Notes under the pieces: generated by a model
What the model saw: the letters and a program-made list of their open reading frames with translations, nothing else
The model's database searches: none
What the model was told of the DNA's origin: nothing
Position numbers and translations under genes: made by a program
In this document: one piece after another, positions 35,952 through 49,700 of the stretch
Layout of the letters: each line of letters opens with the position of its first letter
Position numbering within the stretch: the first letter of the stretch is position 1
Source of the DNA: Macrostomum hystrix
Taxonomy: Eukaryota; Animalia; Platyhelminthes
Length of the DNA stretch: 64,000 bases
Direction: 5' to 3'
NCBI GenBank assembly: GCA_950097015.1
Contig: CATNEN010000034.1
Location: 3,038,001-3,102,000, forward strand

Positions 35952-38598
35952 CTACTCAGCGCTGGTTTCAGCTGTTGAGTTGCGGCTGCCGCAGACCTCG
36001 TGCCACATCACGAAGCTCACAGCGTCGCCGGCGTCTAACAAAGCTTCGTCGCCGCCGCCACCGTAGCCGTAGCCGTAGCATTCGCCTTCGCCGGAGTTCC
36101 CCAAGTCGCCATTCGTCGATGGCACGTGATGCCAATCGGACAGCAGCGCGAGGCCACCGCTGCTCACATTGGCCGAGGAGCTCGAGCCTCCGGAAGCTTC
36201 GCCAACGAGGTCGCCTGCTGCTGACGCTGCCACCGAGGCCAAGCTGGCATCGGCGAACCGAAGGCTGTGGCTGCGGGCGCGGCTGAATCGCCGCAGAGTC
36301 AGTTCGACGCCCGAGGCAATCGCAATTCAGACAGTCGTGAGCCAGGCTGTCGGTTTCGCTCACAAAGGTGAACAGCTCGGCCAGTTCCTGCCTGGTGAAG
36401 CGAGGCGTTGACGACTTGCTAGATGAGGCGCCACCGAGGTTCGCAGCGGAGCTGGAGCCTTGATCAAGAACGCTTCTTGATAGACCGAGCTTTTTTACCT
36501 GTGGGGGGTTTTTGGGTCAGAGTTGCGAATTTGGGATCGGGATTTGAGCAGTTGGGATCGGGATTTGAGTAGTTGGGATCTGGGTTTGAGCAGTTGGGAT
36601 ATGGGTTTGAGCAGTTGGGATATGGGTTTGAGCAGTTGGGATATGGGTTTGAGCAGTTGGGATATGGGTTTGAGCAGTTGGGATATGGGTTTGAGCAGTT
36701 GGGATCTGGGTTTGAGTAGTTGGGATATGGGTTTGAGCAGTTGGGATATGGATTTGAGCAGTTGGGATATGGGTTTGAGCAGTTGGGATATGGGTTTGAG
36801 CAGTTGGGATATATGTTTGAGTAGTTGGGATCTGGGTTTGAGCAGTTGGGACCTGCGTTTGAGCAGTTGAGATCTGGGTTTGAGCAGTTGGGATCTAGGT
36901 TTGAGTAGTTGGGATCTGGGTTTGAGCAGTTGGGATGCGGGTTTGAGTAGTTGGAACTGGGTTTGAGCAGTTGGGATGCGGGTTTGAGTAGTTGGAACTG
37001 GGTTTGAGCAGTTGGGATCTGGGTTTGAGAAGTAAGGATACTCAGTGTGGTTTGGCATCTCGCAACGGGGAACCTGAGCTCGTATCCGCAGAGAGAAGGC
37101 TTGGGGGCATAATATGCCATTGACGGTGATTTGGTGGAGTATTTTCGAATGAGACTACTCACGCAAGCAGTCGGTAGCGACTGACTCAGAGGCGCACTGT
37201 GAGCAAAAACACGCACCTGCCTAAGGAAGATTCTCTCCTCAATGCTGCCCGTGGTCAGCAGCCGGTAGACGCTGCAGGGTCGGCGCTGGCCTTCGCGCCA
37301 GATTCTCGCGGTGGCCTGAGCATCGTTGGCCGGATTCCAGTCGATGTCAAACAGCACCAGGTCGCTGGCGCCGGTGAGATTGAGTCCGACGCCGCCGGCT
37401 TTGGTGCTTAACAGCAGCACTCGGCCGGTGCTGCCGCCGAAGCCACCGATGCCGGCGCGGCCGTGGTTGTCATTGAACTGATCAACCAGACGCTGCCGGG
37501 TGGCGGTCGGCGTGGCGCCATCGAGTCGGAGGCTGGGGATCGCCAAAGCGGCGCACAGGCGAGCCAGCAGGTCCAGGGTCTTCGTGGAATTGGAGGCCAA
37601 TACGCAGTTGCGACCCCGTGAGCGACAGACGCGCCGCAGAAGGTGCGAAGTTACAGTCAGCTTGCCGGAGTGATGGCACCGATTGACCAGATCTGCGGCA
37701 GCTGCCGTCATCGAGGAGATTTCACTAAAACCGCCATCGGCGTCGAAATCCAATGGAAATTCCGACATCAGCTGACGCTGAAGGTCTTCGTTGTCGTTTT
37801 CAACTTCAAGGCTGAAGCTGGGGACCTGCCTATTGGCCTGCTGCTTCTGAAGGGAATAGGATGTTGGCATAATAAAGATCAATTAAAACAGAATTCATAT
37901 TTCAAAGAGAAGAGAGGAGGGTGACAGAGATGAGAAGACAGGAGGGTGACAGAGAGATGAGAAGAGAGGAGGGTGACAGAGAGATGAGAAGAGAGGAGAG
38001 TGACAGAGAGACAGCAGTTGCAGCAGCGGTAGTAAGCAAGCATTACAGCAGTGAGATGCGCGTGCAGCAGGGCCGGATCATTGGCCAGCTTTCTTAGCAG
38101 GCCAATCAGTCGCAGATGCTCGGCATCGGCTAGTCGGGCTGTGTGGCCGAGCGCGTCGGACAGGACCTCTGTGGCGGCGGCGCAGTTGCAGATAACGCCG
38201 AATAGTCGGCGCTGAAGGTCGGACGGTCGGCAGAAGATCACCAGCTCGCGTCTGGGCGGCAGGTGGCCGGCCGAGTTGATGTCGTCGTGGGAGCGACGCA
38301 GAACCAGAGGAGCAATAAGGCGGCTTAGTCTGGTCAGACCAAAACGCATGCGGTTGTTCGAATTTAATGATTATATTAACAAAAGTTTTTTGAACAAGAA
38401 GGACTTTAGTAGTTAAAGAAGATAACTTATTTACAGGAAATGTAAAAATTGCTAAGAACTCTAGACTTACGTTTTTAAGTATTGGCCAACTTTTAAGGAA
38501 CTAAAAAGAGAAGCTTTACTGGAAATTCCGCTGACAAATTTCATTTCTTTCATTTTACCTTTGTTTATTAATCAATTCTAATCGTTCAATCAACTAAA

Positions 38599-38633
<35 letters not shown>

Positions 38634-38634
38634 A

Positions 38635-38665
<31 letters not shown>

Positions 38666-38666
38666 A

Positions 38667-38710
<44 letters not shown>

Positions 38711-38783
38711 AAACAAACCAACTAACTAACTAATTAATTAACTAACTAACAAACAAACCAACTAACTAACTAACAAACAAACC

Positions 38784-38854
<71 letters not shown>

Positions 38855-38934
38855 CAACTAACTAACTAATTAACTAACAAACAAACCAACTAACTAACTA
38901 ATCAATTAACTAACTAATTAACTAACTAACCAAA

Positions 38935-38985
<51 letters not shown>

Positions 38986-39071
38986 TTTACTAACTAACAA
39001 ACAAACCAACTAACTAACTAATTAATTAACTAACTAACAAACAAACCAACTAACTAACTGACAAACAAACC

Positions 39072-39129
<58 letters not shown>

Positions 39130-39146
39130 TTAACTAACTAACCGAA

Positions 39147-39205
<59 letters not shown>

Positions 39206-39291
39206 TTTACTAACTAACAAACAAACCAACTAACTAACTAATTAATTAACTAACTAACAAACAAACCAACTAACTAACTGACAAACAAACC

Positions 39292-39349
<58 letters not shown>

Positions 39350-39366
39350 TTAACTAACTAACCGAA

Positions 39367-39452
<86 letters not shown>

Positions 39453-39466
39453 GCTAACTAACTAAG

Positions 39467-39513
<47 letters not shown>

Positions 39514-39530
39514 TTAACTAACTAACCGAA

Positions 39531-39601
<71 letters not shown>

Positions 39602-39977
39602 GTCTGATTTTTGAACGGCATGGCTGGTTCCAGAAGGTAGTTCCTCTGGATAAAAGCGCTTACCGCGCCCATTGGCTTTCCAGCTGCCTTAATCGTTTCC
39701 GGTGATCTTGTGTGCGTGCTTTGAGCTTGATTGGCTGCGGCAAGCAAGCTCGAAAGAGCTCGCTTCGCTCGCTCTTTCTCGCTATCTACTAACTAACTAA
39801 TTAACTAACTAACTAACTAACTAACTAACTCATTAACTAACTAACTAACTAACTCATTAACTAACTAACTCATTAACTAACTAACTAACTAACTAATTAA
39901 CTAACAAGTTAACTAATTAACTAACTAACTAACTAACTCATTAACTAACTAACTAATTAACTAACTAACTAACTAAG

Positions 39978-40016
<39 letters not shown>

Positions 40017-43000
40017 TTAACTAACTAGTTAACTAACTGACTGACTGACTTGAGATCTGCCCTCAAGGCAAGTCAGTCAAGGCATTGTCACGCAGTGTAC
40101 ACTCCCAGTGCCTTGAGAAATTTCTGGACAAGCCCCCGAGTCCACTCTCCGCGGCTGCGCCCCAAGTAAATCGAGCTCAGCGACCTTGGTGCGAGAGGCA
40201 AACCCGTTAGACCGCTCTGCCAATCACCCCCTACAACATAACAAACAAAAACTAAAAAAAAGCTGAAATGTCCATAATGTGCATCCTCACTTCTCAGCGG
40301 CCGCTCGTCCCCTCTCCATCTGCTCATCCGTTGCAGCCGAATCCGTGGCCTCAGCTATCTGTCCAGCTAGGCCTGCCCGAAACTGCTGCCAATCGCCCAA
40401 TCGGCCCGGGCTAACAAAGTCAATTAGGGTGAACAATTCGTCTAGATCGTTCTGCACCGGCGTGCCAGTTAGTACAATGCGCCGCTTGGCGCCAACGGCC
40501 AACAGAGCCTGCGACGTCTGTGTGGCGGCGTTCTTCAACCGGTGGCCTTCATCGCAGATTAAAAGGTCGAAGCTGTTGAATTGAAAATGTAGAATTAGCT
40601 ATTAGATAGAAGAAAGCCTATTGACGACAATTAGGTCGACTTCTGTGGTTGAAAAAACCGAGATATTTGAATGTTCGTCTGAGGATCTTTCGATGTGCGG
40701 CTGAGGACCATAGAGTGTGTGAGCGGGTGGCTGAGGACCATGGATTATGTGGGCGGGTAAATGAGGACCATAGATTTTGTGGGCGGGTGGCTGAGGACCA
40801 TAGATTATGTGGGCGTGTGGCTGAGGACCATGGATTATGTGGGCGGGTGGCTGAGGACCATAGATTGTGTGGGCGGGTGGCTGAGGACCATAGATTGTGT
40901 GGGCGGGTGGCTGAGGACCATGGATTGTGTGGGCGTGTGGCTGAGAACCATGGATTATGTGGGCGGGTGGCTGAGGACCATGGATTGTGTGGGCGTGTGG
41001 CTGATGACCATAGATTGTGTGGGCGTGTAGCTGATGACCATAGATTGTGTGGGCGTGTGGCTGATGACCATAGATTGTGTGGGCGTGTGGCTGATGACCA
41101 TAGATTGTCTGGGCGTGTGGCTGAAGACCATGGATTGTGTGGCTGAGAACCATAGATTGTGTGGGCGTGTGGCTGATGACCATAGATTGTGTGGCTGAGA
41201 ACCATAGATTGTGTGGCTGATGACCATAGATTGTGTGGGCGTGTGGCTGATGACCATAGATGTGTGGCTGAGGACCATAGATTGTGTGGCTGATGACCAT
41301 AGATTGTGTGGGCGTGTGGCTGATGACCATAGATGTGTGGCTGAGGACCATAGATTGTGTGGGCGTGTGGCTGATGACCATAGATTGTGTGGCTGAGGAC
41401 CATAGATTGTGTGGCTGAGGACCATAGATTGTGTGGCTGAGGACCATAGATTGTGTGGCTGATGACCATAGATTGTGTGGGCGTGTGGCTGATGACCATA
41501 GATGTGTGGCTGAGGACCATAGATTGTGTGGCTGATGACCATAGATTGTGTGGGCGTGTGGCTGATGACCATAGATTGTGTGGCTGAGGACCATAGATTG
41601 TGTGGCTGAGGACCATAGATTGTGTGGCTGAGGACCATAAATTGTGTGGCTGAGGACCATTGAGTGTTTGACAGACACAAACGGATGAAAAAAATCACAC
41701 CCGTGCTCAGAGAGGCTGGCAGCTCGGCGTAGAAGCATCTCGTAGCTGATAATTAGCACAGCCTGGCCTCGATAGTCCTCAGGCTTGGCACCGTCGAAGC
41801 CGACGCAATATAGCAGACGCGTGTCCAGCAGGGACCGGGCCCACGGGAGCCATTTGTAGAATTCTCGCCGCCAATTGGCTACCAGACTGCCCGGAGTGAC
41901 AATTAGCGACCTACGAACTAGTGGCTTAGTGGCGCTATACGGACTGGAGTGGAGCAGAGTCCACACCAGGGCTATGGACTGCAGCGTCTTGCCAAGGCCC
42001 ATGGCGTCGGCCAGGATGGCGCCGTAGCTGCCCGACACCTTGGCAGGTTGGGTTAGGAGGCCATATATACGAGTATCTGGGGATTTGGGAGTAGAGCAGC
42101 GACTTTAGTTGGGAATTTGGGAGTAGAGCAGCGACTCTAGTTGGGGATTCGGGAGTAGAGCAGCGACTCTAGTTGGGGATTCAGGAGTAGAGCAGCGACT
42201 CTAGTTGGGGATTTGGGAGTAGAGCAGCGACTCTAGTTGGGGATTCAGGAGTAGAGCAGCGACTCTAGTTGGGGATTTGAGAGTAGAGCAGCGACTCTAG
42301 TTGGGGATTTGGGAGTAGAGCAGCAACTCTAGTTGGGGATTTGCAAGTTGAGTGGCGACCCCATTTGAGGATTTGGGAGTAGAGTGATGACTCTAATTGG
42401 GGATTCGGGAGTAGAGCACAGTTCAAAAACAGAACCTACAGCATACGCACCTGGCTTCCCAGAACGCACGAGTAGAGAAAGGCCACACCTTCCCGCTGAT
42501 GCTCTCGCAGGCGAGCGGCCAGTCGACGATCGACAACAACGTCAAACAGCTCGCCGCCGCCGGAGCCGAGTTCATCGTCGGCGGTGGCTTCCGGATCCCA
42601 TAGTAGAGACGGCGGCGGCGGCGGCAAGACGAAGGCGTCCGGCTCGATGCCGGCTGCAGTGCCGGCTGGCACTCGAGGCGGCGGAGCCGCTTCGGCAGCC
42701 GACAGCGCCACAGGTTTAAAGGCTGCTCGGGCGCGGCTGGCTGAGGCGCTGACTGGTGGTGCGTCGGCTTCAGCAGGCTGCTCCGGCTGCTCCTGCTCCT
42801 CCAGCTGCTGCTGCCGACGCTTGCCGCCGCGAGAATTAGACGGGCGTCTGAATCGTGAAGTGAGAATTTCTGGATGTCATCAGCGTTTAACTTGAGGATC
42901 TGGGAATGCCATCAGTTCAACCTGAGGATCTGGAAAGTCATCAGTTTAAAATGAGGATTTGGGAATGCCAGCAGTTCAACCTGAGGATCTGGGAATGCCA

Positions 43001-44352
43001 TCAGTTCAACATGAGGACCTGGCTGGTCATCAGTTTAAACTGAGGATCTGGGAAGTCTTCAGTTAAAACTGAAAATCCGGGAATGTCATCAGTTTAAACT
43101 GAGGATCGGGGTAGTCATCAGTCCAGCCTGAGGATCTGGGAATGCCATCATTTCAACATGATGATCTGGGAAGTCTTCAGTTTAAACTGAGGATCTGGTT
43201 GGAGTTGCAAGTAATTAACCAGTGGTCTTACTTAGACGAACTCGAAGACTGCTGCTGCTGCTGCTGCCAGGCTAGATCCCGAATTGTTCCGGCAGGGCCG
43301 CAGACTTCAACAAGGCGGCCGCCCATGCTGAGCCGCGAGCCATCGTCCAGCTCGGCCAATTCGGCCGGTTTCAAATCGCTGCCCCGGCAGAGCACGGCGC
43401 CAGTGTTGGCGTCAAGCAGCACGGCGGTGCGTGCGCCCGTCACCCGCAGGATGCCGTCGCCTTCCCACACCTGTTGATAACAGCAGGGAGACAGCTGACA
43501 TATTATAAGAACTGCAACACTGTTTGGCCCGAGGCTAAACAAAACACGAGACACCCGAATGATCTATATATTCAGTATATTTCAGTATATTTCCTTAACA
43601 CTATCAATTTCATCCCAAACCCTATCAATCTCATCCCAAACCCCATCAATCTCATTCCAAACCCATCAATCTCATCCCAAACCCCATCAATCTCATACCA
43701 AACCCATCAATCTCATCCCAAACCCTAGCAATCTCATCCCAAACCCTATCAATCTCATCCCAAACCCTATCAATCTCATCCCAAACCATATCAATCTCAT
43801 CCCAAACCCTATCAATCTCATCCCAGAGCCTATCAATCTCACTACTAATCCTATCAATCCCATCCCAAATCCTGTCAATCTCCTCCCAAACCCTATCAAT
43901 ATCATTCCAAACCCTATTCATCTCATCCCAAACCCGAACAATCTTATTGCTGAACCTTTCAATTTTATTCCTAATTTGATCAATTTTGTTAATTTTCCTT
44001 TTAATTCCATTCCATTCCGATCTCAATCTCAACCTCAATATTATTCATTCGATCTCATATCTCTCAGCTAATTGCAACTATTTTAAATCAGTAAAAATAG
44101 AAGAACCTTGTGCTTCTTGGCCGAATTCTTGCCCCAGACGCAGGCAAACTGGCGACCGGCAACTTCGGCCTCCTGGGAGGAGGCCAGGCTGTCCTGACTG
44201 TTTGACGACTCTCTCAGATAGGCGCCATTGGATGGCAATAAAGGGGCCGGAGGCTGCTGCTGCTGCTGCTGCTGCTGCTGAGCAAAGCAGGGTCTCTTTG
44301 CCTGGTGCCAGGACTGATAAGCCGACTGGCTGGGTGCGCCCGAACGCCTCAT
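35952..44352 (-). CDS. RAD54B: RAD54B SNF2-family DNA translocase (exons 44352-44107, 43470-43232, 42847-42451, 42038-41701, 40572-40291, 38329-38047, 37846-37217, 36498-35952)
   Basis: N-terminus MRRSGAPSQ and KKHK|VWEGDG are diagnostic of RAD54B. Walker A MGLGKT, Walker B DEGH, LTGTPVQNDL, STKAGGVGLNL, DWNPANDAQATARIWREGQ. Splice phases are consistent. One apparent frameshift in the last exon. Confidence 0.92.
36528..37027. repeat. 21-bp minisatellite GGGTTTGAGCAGTTGGGATAT
   Basis: RAD54B last intron. Confidence 0.95.
38590..40045. repeat. (AACT)n microsatellite with a 220-bp higher-order duplication and a unique island
   Basis: Variant blocks recur at 38981/39201 and 39141/39361. Confidence 0.95.
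40055..40230 (-). mobile_element. SINE family 2 copy C (partial)
   Basis: Reverse complement GGCAGAGCGGTCTAACGGGTTTGCCTCTCGCACC...GGGGCGCAGCCGCGGAGAG...GTGTACACTGC. Confidence 0.68.
40705..41660. repeat. 30/21-bp minisatellite TGTGTG(GGCGTGT)GGCTGAGGACCATAGAT
   Basis: RAD54B intron 4. Confidence 0.93.
42075..42420. repeat. 32-bp minisatellite GGGAGTAGAGCAGCGACTCTAGTTGGGGATTT
   Basis: Unit starts at 42087, 42119, 42151. Confidence 0.92.
42893..43200. repeat. 29-30-bp minisatellite TGAGGATCTGGGAATGCCATCAGTTCAACC
   Basis: RAD54B intron 2. Confidence 0.88.
43605..43950. repeat. 21-bp minisatellite ATCAATCTCATCCCAAACCCT
   Basis: RAD54B intron 1. Confidence 0.9.
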
Positions 44353-44591
44353 TTCCCAACTGGCTGGCAATCGGTAGTTTGCAAATGCTATTGTCTTCTA
44401 AAACAATGCCGCCATTGTTATGAGCTAGAAGGCAATGGGAAAAATTAGATGGACTAGCTGCAAAGCAATGTGGTGCTTTGACATGTGCGACCTTAAAAAA
44501 TCACAGATAATTCGTATTTCCAGCTCTTTATAGCCATCAATCAATTATCTTGGAAATTTAAACTCTAGAATAGCAAGCAACGAGACAACTC

Positions 44592-45470
44592 ACCCAATCC
44601 CTGATAATCCATCAAACACAATCCCATATAATCCATCAAACACAATCCCTGATAATCCATCAAACACTATCCCAGATAATCCATCAAACACTATCCCTGA
44701 TAATCCATCAAACACTATCCCTGATAATCCATCAAACACAATCCCTGATAATCCATCAAACAATATCCCTGATAATCCATCAAACACAATCCCTGATAAT
44801 CCATCAAACACTATCCCTGAAAATCCATCAAACACTATCCCTGATAATCCATCAAACACTATCCCTGAAAATCCATCAAACACTATCCCTGATAATCCAT
44901 CAAACACAATCCCTGATATCCATCCTTTATAAATACCTCAACAGCCCCTGATAATCCTTCATGAGCCCCTGATAATCCTTCATCAGCCCCTGATAATCCT
45001 TCAACAGCCCCTGATAATCCTCTCATCAGCCCCTGATAACCCTATCATCAGCCCCTGATAATCCTTCAACAGCCCCTGATAATCCTTCATCAGCCCCCTG
45101 ATAATCATTCAACAGCCCCTGATAGTCATTCATCAGCCCCTGATAATCCTTCATCAGCCCCTGATAGTCATTCAACAGCCCCTGATAATCCTTCATCAGC
45201 CCCTGATAATCCTTCATCAGCCCATGATAGTCATTCATCAGCCCCTGATAATCCTTCATCAGCCCCTGATAATCCTTCATCAGCCCCTGATAATCCTTCA
45301 TCAGCCCCTGATAGTCATTCAACAGCCCCTGATAGTCATTCAACAGCCCCAGATAATCCTTCATCAGCCCCTGATAATCCTTCATCAGCCCCTAATAATC
45401 CTTCATCAGCCCCTGATAATCCTTCATCAGCCCCTGATAATCCTTCAACAGCCCCTGATAACCCTCTCAT
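44592..45470. repeat. Adjacent 24-bp (ATCCCTGATAATCCATCAAACACT) and 21-bp (CAGCCCCTGATAATCCTTCAT) minisatellites
   Basis: 44592-44920 and 44940-45470; shared core CCTGATAATCC. Confidence 0.92.
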
Positions 45471-46109
45471 CAACGCCAATCACTAATAATCCTTCCATTA
45501 TCCAGAGCTTCAAACCCAAAACGAAAGCTGTTGACAAATTATGAACGAAAAGAAAGTCACTTTGAAATTGAAAGCATGCTTAATAGCATAGAAAAATACG
45601 CAATCGCTGGATGCAATTCAATAGTTTATTAGACACAAATGCACGCAAAGCAAGAATAATTAGAAAGGTAAAACGCAATGTCGAAAAAAATTGACAAAAG
45701 CAAGAAAATAATATTTGCTGCACCTTTTCATACACAGCACTACTATCAATCAGTAGCTTAACTGAATATGCGAGAATGCATTTTTACTACATTTGAATAC
45801 AACTAAGCCAGCCAATAGCGTCTGGTCAGTAAAAGCAACAAAAAGAAACAATTTCTTTTATTTTACCACGACAATTAATTATTAAATTGAAGAATACAAA
45901 AACATCGTTTACAATAACAATCAAACATTGCACCTTTATGACCTTAGTATTGTTTAAAAAAAACAATATTTTTTTATTAGCAATCCTGAAGTCTTGAAAA
46001 AGCTTACAGCATACAATATATGATTAATGTGTCTTGAGGCAAGACGGAGTACAGCGGGAGGGCAACAGAGAGAATCAGCAGAGCAAATATGGATAGACGT
46101 AGGCAAAAC

Positions 46110-46660
46110 ACTCAGGCAGACAGACAGGCAGACACAGATAGATAGACAGACCAATAGGCAGACAAAACAGTTAAGGACCGACAGATAAAAGGACAGAGAC
46201 AGGAACAAACATACAGACGGGAAGATACAGACATACAGACAGACAGGAACAAACATACAGACGGGAAGATACAGATATACAGACAGACAGGAACAAATAT
46301 ACAGACGGGAAGATACAGACATACAGACAGCCAGGAACAAACATACAGACGGGAAGATACAGATATACAGACAGACAGGAACAAACATACAGACGGGAAG
46401 ATACTGATATACAGACAGACAGGAACAAACATACAGACGGGAAGATACAGATATACAGACAGACAGGAACAAACATACAGACGGGAAAAGACAGACATAC
46501 AGACAGACACGAACCAATATACAGTCGGGAAGATACAGACTTACAGACAAACAGGAACAAACATACAGACGGGAAGATACAGACATACAGGAATAAAAAT
46601 ACAGACGGGAAGATACAGACAGATAGTCAGAAAGAACAGGCAGGAAAAACAGACACACAG
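46110..46660. repeat. GACA-rich repeat with a ~44-bp unit
   Basis: Unit starts at 46202, 46246, 46290. Confidence 0.9.
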
Positions 46661-46710
46661 ACATTGCGCATTCGACCTACTCGCATAGCAGCAGTGCACA
46701 GCAGGGTGTC

Positions 46711-49700
46711 TCACTCAGCTTCAGGATCGCCATCAACGCGCTTCTCCATCACAGCGGCGATCAGCTCAGCCTCGTAGTCCTCGTAGTCATTGTCGCGGAT
46801 TCGACGGCTTCGGAGCCCATCAAACAGCTGCTGCAGTTCAGGCAGCAGAGTCGCCATCAGGTTGGTGTTGCCTGTGGCGACAATATCGGCTACGGTTGAC
46901 ACCTGCAGCTGGCTGCATTTGTGCGACAATTCGGAGATTCGCTCGCCGACGCGTCGCCAATCGGCTTCGATGCTGGCGTAGCGGGCTCTGATGTCAACTT
47001 CGGTGGCGACAACCTGCTGAACGGCTTCGGCGGCTATGGAGAGGCCGCGCGACAGGCTGGCTTTGCCGACGACCAGGCGGCGTTCAGCGTCGCGATAGCA
47101 GCCGACAGCATAGGCCAGACGTTCGCGTTGACGATCGCGAGCAGCTTCGGCAGCTTCAAGCTGCTTGGCGCAGTTGTCCAGGGCTGTCGACAGCTGCGAG
47201 AGAGTCACAGGAGGGCGGTTGTTCAAATTTGAACTGGAAAGATCTTAACGCCATCCTTCATGGGACCTGAGCCTCTCCTGATGATCCTTCATGGGACCTG
47301 AGCCTCTCCTGATGATCCTTCATGGGACCTGAGCCTCTCCTGATGATCCTTCATGGGACCTGAGCCTCTCCTGATGATCCTTCATGGGACCTAAGCTTCT
47401 CTTGATGATCCTTCATGGGACCTGAGCCTCTCCTGATGATCCTTCATGGGACCTGAGCCTCTCCTGATGATCCTTCATGGGACCTAAGCTTCTCTTGATG
47501 ATCCTTCATGGGACCTGAGCCTCTCCTGATGATCCTTCATGGGACCTAAGCTTCTCTTGATGATCCTTCATGGGACCTAAGCTTGTCTTGATGATCCTTC
47601 ATGGGACCTGAGCCTCTCCTGATGATCCTTCATGGGATCTGAGCCTCTCTTGATGATCCTTCATGGGACCTGAGCCTCTCCTGATGATCCTTCATGGGAT
47701 CTGAGCCTCTCCTGATGATCCTTCATGGGACCTGAGCCTCTCCTGATGATCCTTCATGGGACCTGAGCCTCTCCTGATGATCCTTCATGGGACCTGAGCC
47801 TCTCCTGATGATCCTTCATGGGACCTGAGCCTCTCCTGATGATCCTTCATGGGACCTGAGCCTCTCCTGATGATCCTTCATGGGACCTGAGCCTCTCCTG
47901 ATGATCCTTCATGGGACCTGAGCCTCTCCTGATGATCCTTCATGGGACCTAAGCTTCTCTTGATGATCCTTCATGGGACCTAAGCTTGTCTTGATGATCC
48001 TTCATGGGACCTGAGCCTCTCCTGATGATCCTTCATGGGATCTGAGCCTCTCCTGATGATCCTTCATGGGACCTGAGCCTCTCCTGATGATCCTTCATGG
48101 GACCTAAGCTTCTCTTGATGATCCTTCATGGGACCTGAGCTTGTCTTGATGATCCTTCATGGGACCTGAGCCTCTCCTGATGATCCTTCATGGGATCTGA
48201 GCCTCTCCTGATGATCCTTCATGGGACCTAAGCTTCTCTTGATGATCCTTCATGGGACCTAAGCTTGTCTTGATGATCCTTCATGGGACCTGAGCCTCTC
48301 CTGATGATCCTTCATGGGATCTGAGCCTCTCCTGATGATCCTTCATGGGACCTGAGCCTCTCCTGATGATCCTTCATGGGACCTAAGCTTCTCTTGATGA
48401 TCCTTCATGGGACCTAAGCTTGTCTTGATGATCCTTCATGGGACCTAAGCTTCTCTTGATGATCCTTCATGGGACCTAAGCTTGTCTTGATGATCCTTCA
48501 TGGGACCTAAGCTTCTCTTGATGATCCTTCATGGGATCTGAGCTTCTCCTGATGACCCTTCATGGGACCTGAGCTTCTCCTGATGACCCTTCATGGGACC
48601 TGAGCCTCTCCTGATGATCCTTCATGGGATTATTTAGCTAGGCCCTCGCGCAGTTTAACTCACCTCCTGCAGCACAGCCTCTTCTGAGCGTCGCTTGGAA
48701 GCCTTCTCGGCTTCGATCATTGACTTTATAGTTGCTAGCCGGGCCTGATGAGTCTGAACAGCGTCGGCCAGACTGTCGCGACGCTTGCGCGACTCTTCTC
48801 GCTGCCTGCAGGCCTCAGCAATCTGATCAGACAGGCTGGCTAAGTAGCGCTTCAGAGAAGGCTCAATAGCCAGATTGGCTTGCTGGGCGGCCTCGCTAAG
48901 TTCTGGCACGGCGCGCTGGGCCAGTCCTAGCTGGGCTAAGCGACAGTTGGTCTGATTGCACACCTGAGAAGCCAGTGTTGTTCAATCAAGCGTTATCCTG
49001 TGTGAATATTTCTTCATACGCATACTACTGAAAGTAGACAGCTTTGGCCAAAAAAATTTATAATCAACTGACCTGCGCTAATCTATCGTAATCGGCGCTT
49101 AGCTGTGTCTCGGAGACGCCAATTTCACGCTCCGTATTGGCTAGGGTCTCGTCTAATCGGCCAATGTAGGACTCCAGTTCTTTGAGGTCGCCCCGTAGGG
49201 TCATTACCTGCGCCTGGATTTGTGCAGGTGGGGTGTTGCAAACAGGTTGCTATTAATAAAACTTAATTTCTACTGAAGAATAAATATGGACAGATGGAGA
49301 CAAATACTCTGGCATACAGTCTGACAGACACAGATAGACAGCAAAATAATAAATAACTTGCCTAAAAGCCAATGGAAAACGATACCGGCAACTCAAATTC
49401 AGTTTGAGTCGCTTGAGAAGCGTTTGAGTCGTCATAGAAGCGTTTGAGTAGTCATAGAAGCGTTTGAGTCGTCATAGAAGCGTTTGAGTAGTCATAGAAG
49501 CGTTTGAGTCGTCATAGAAGCGTTTGAGTAGTCATAGAAGCGTTTGAGTCGTCATAGAAGCGTTTGAGTAGTCATAGAAGCGTTTGAGTCGTCATAGAAG
49601 CGTTTGAGTCGTCATAGAAGCGTTTGAGTCGTCATAGAAGCGTTTGAGTCGTCATAGAAGCGTTTGAGTCGCTTGAGAAGTGTTTGAGTCGCTTGAGAAG

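Noticed and set aside
41990-42020. RAD54B LADAMGLGKT instead of LADEMGLGKT
   Set aside because: A single substitution outside the invariant GKT; Walker B and motif VI are intact, so it is not evidence of lost activity.
47250-48630. Tandem hammerheads (each unit has CTGATGA followed by a small stem)
   Set aside because: No GAAA core or stem III in the unit.
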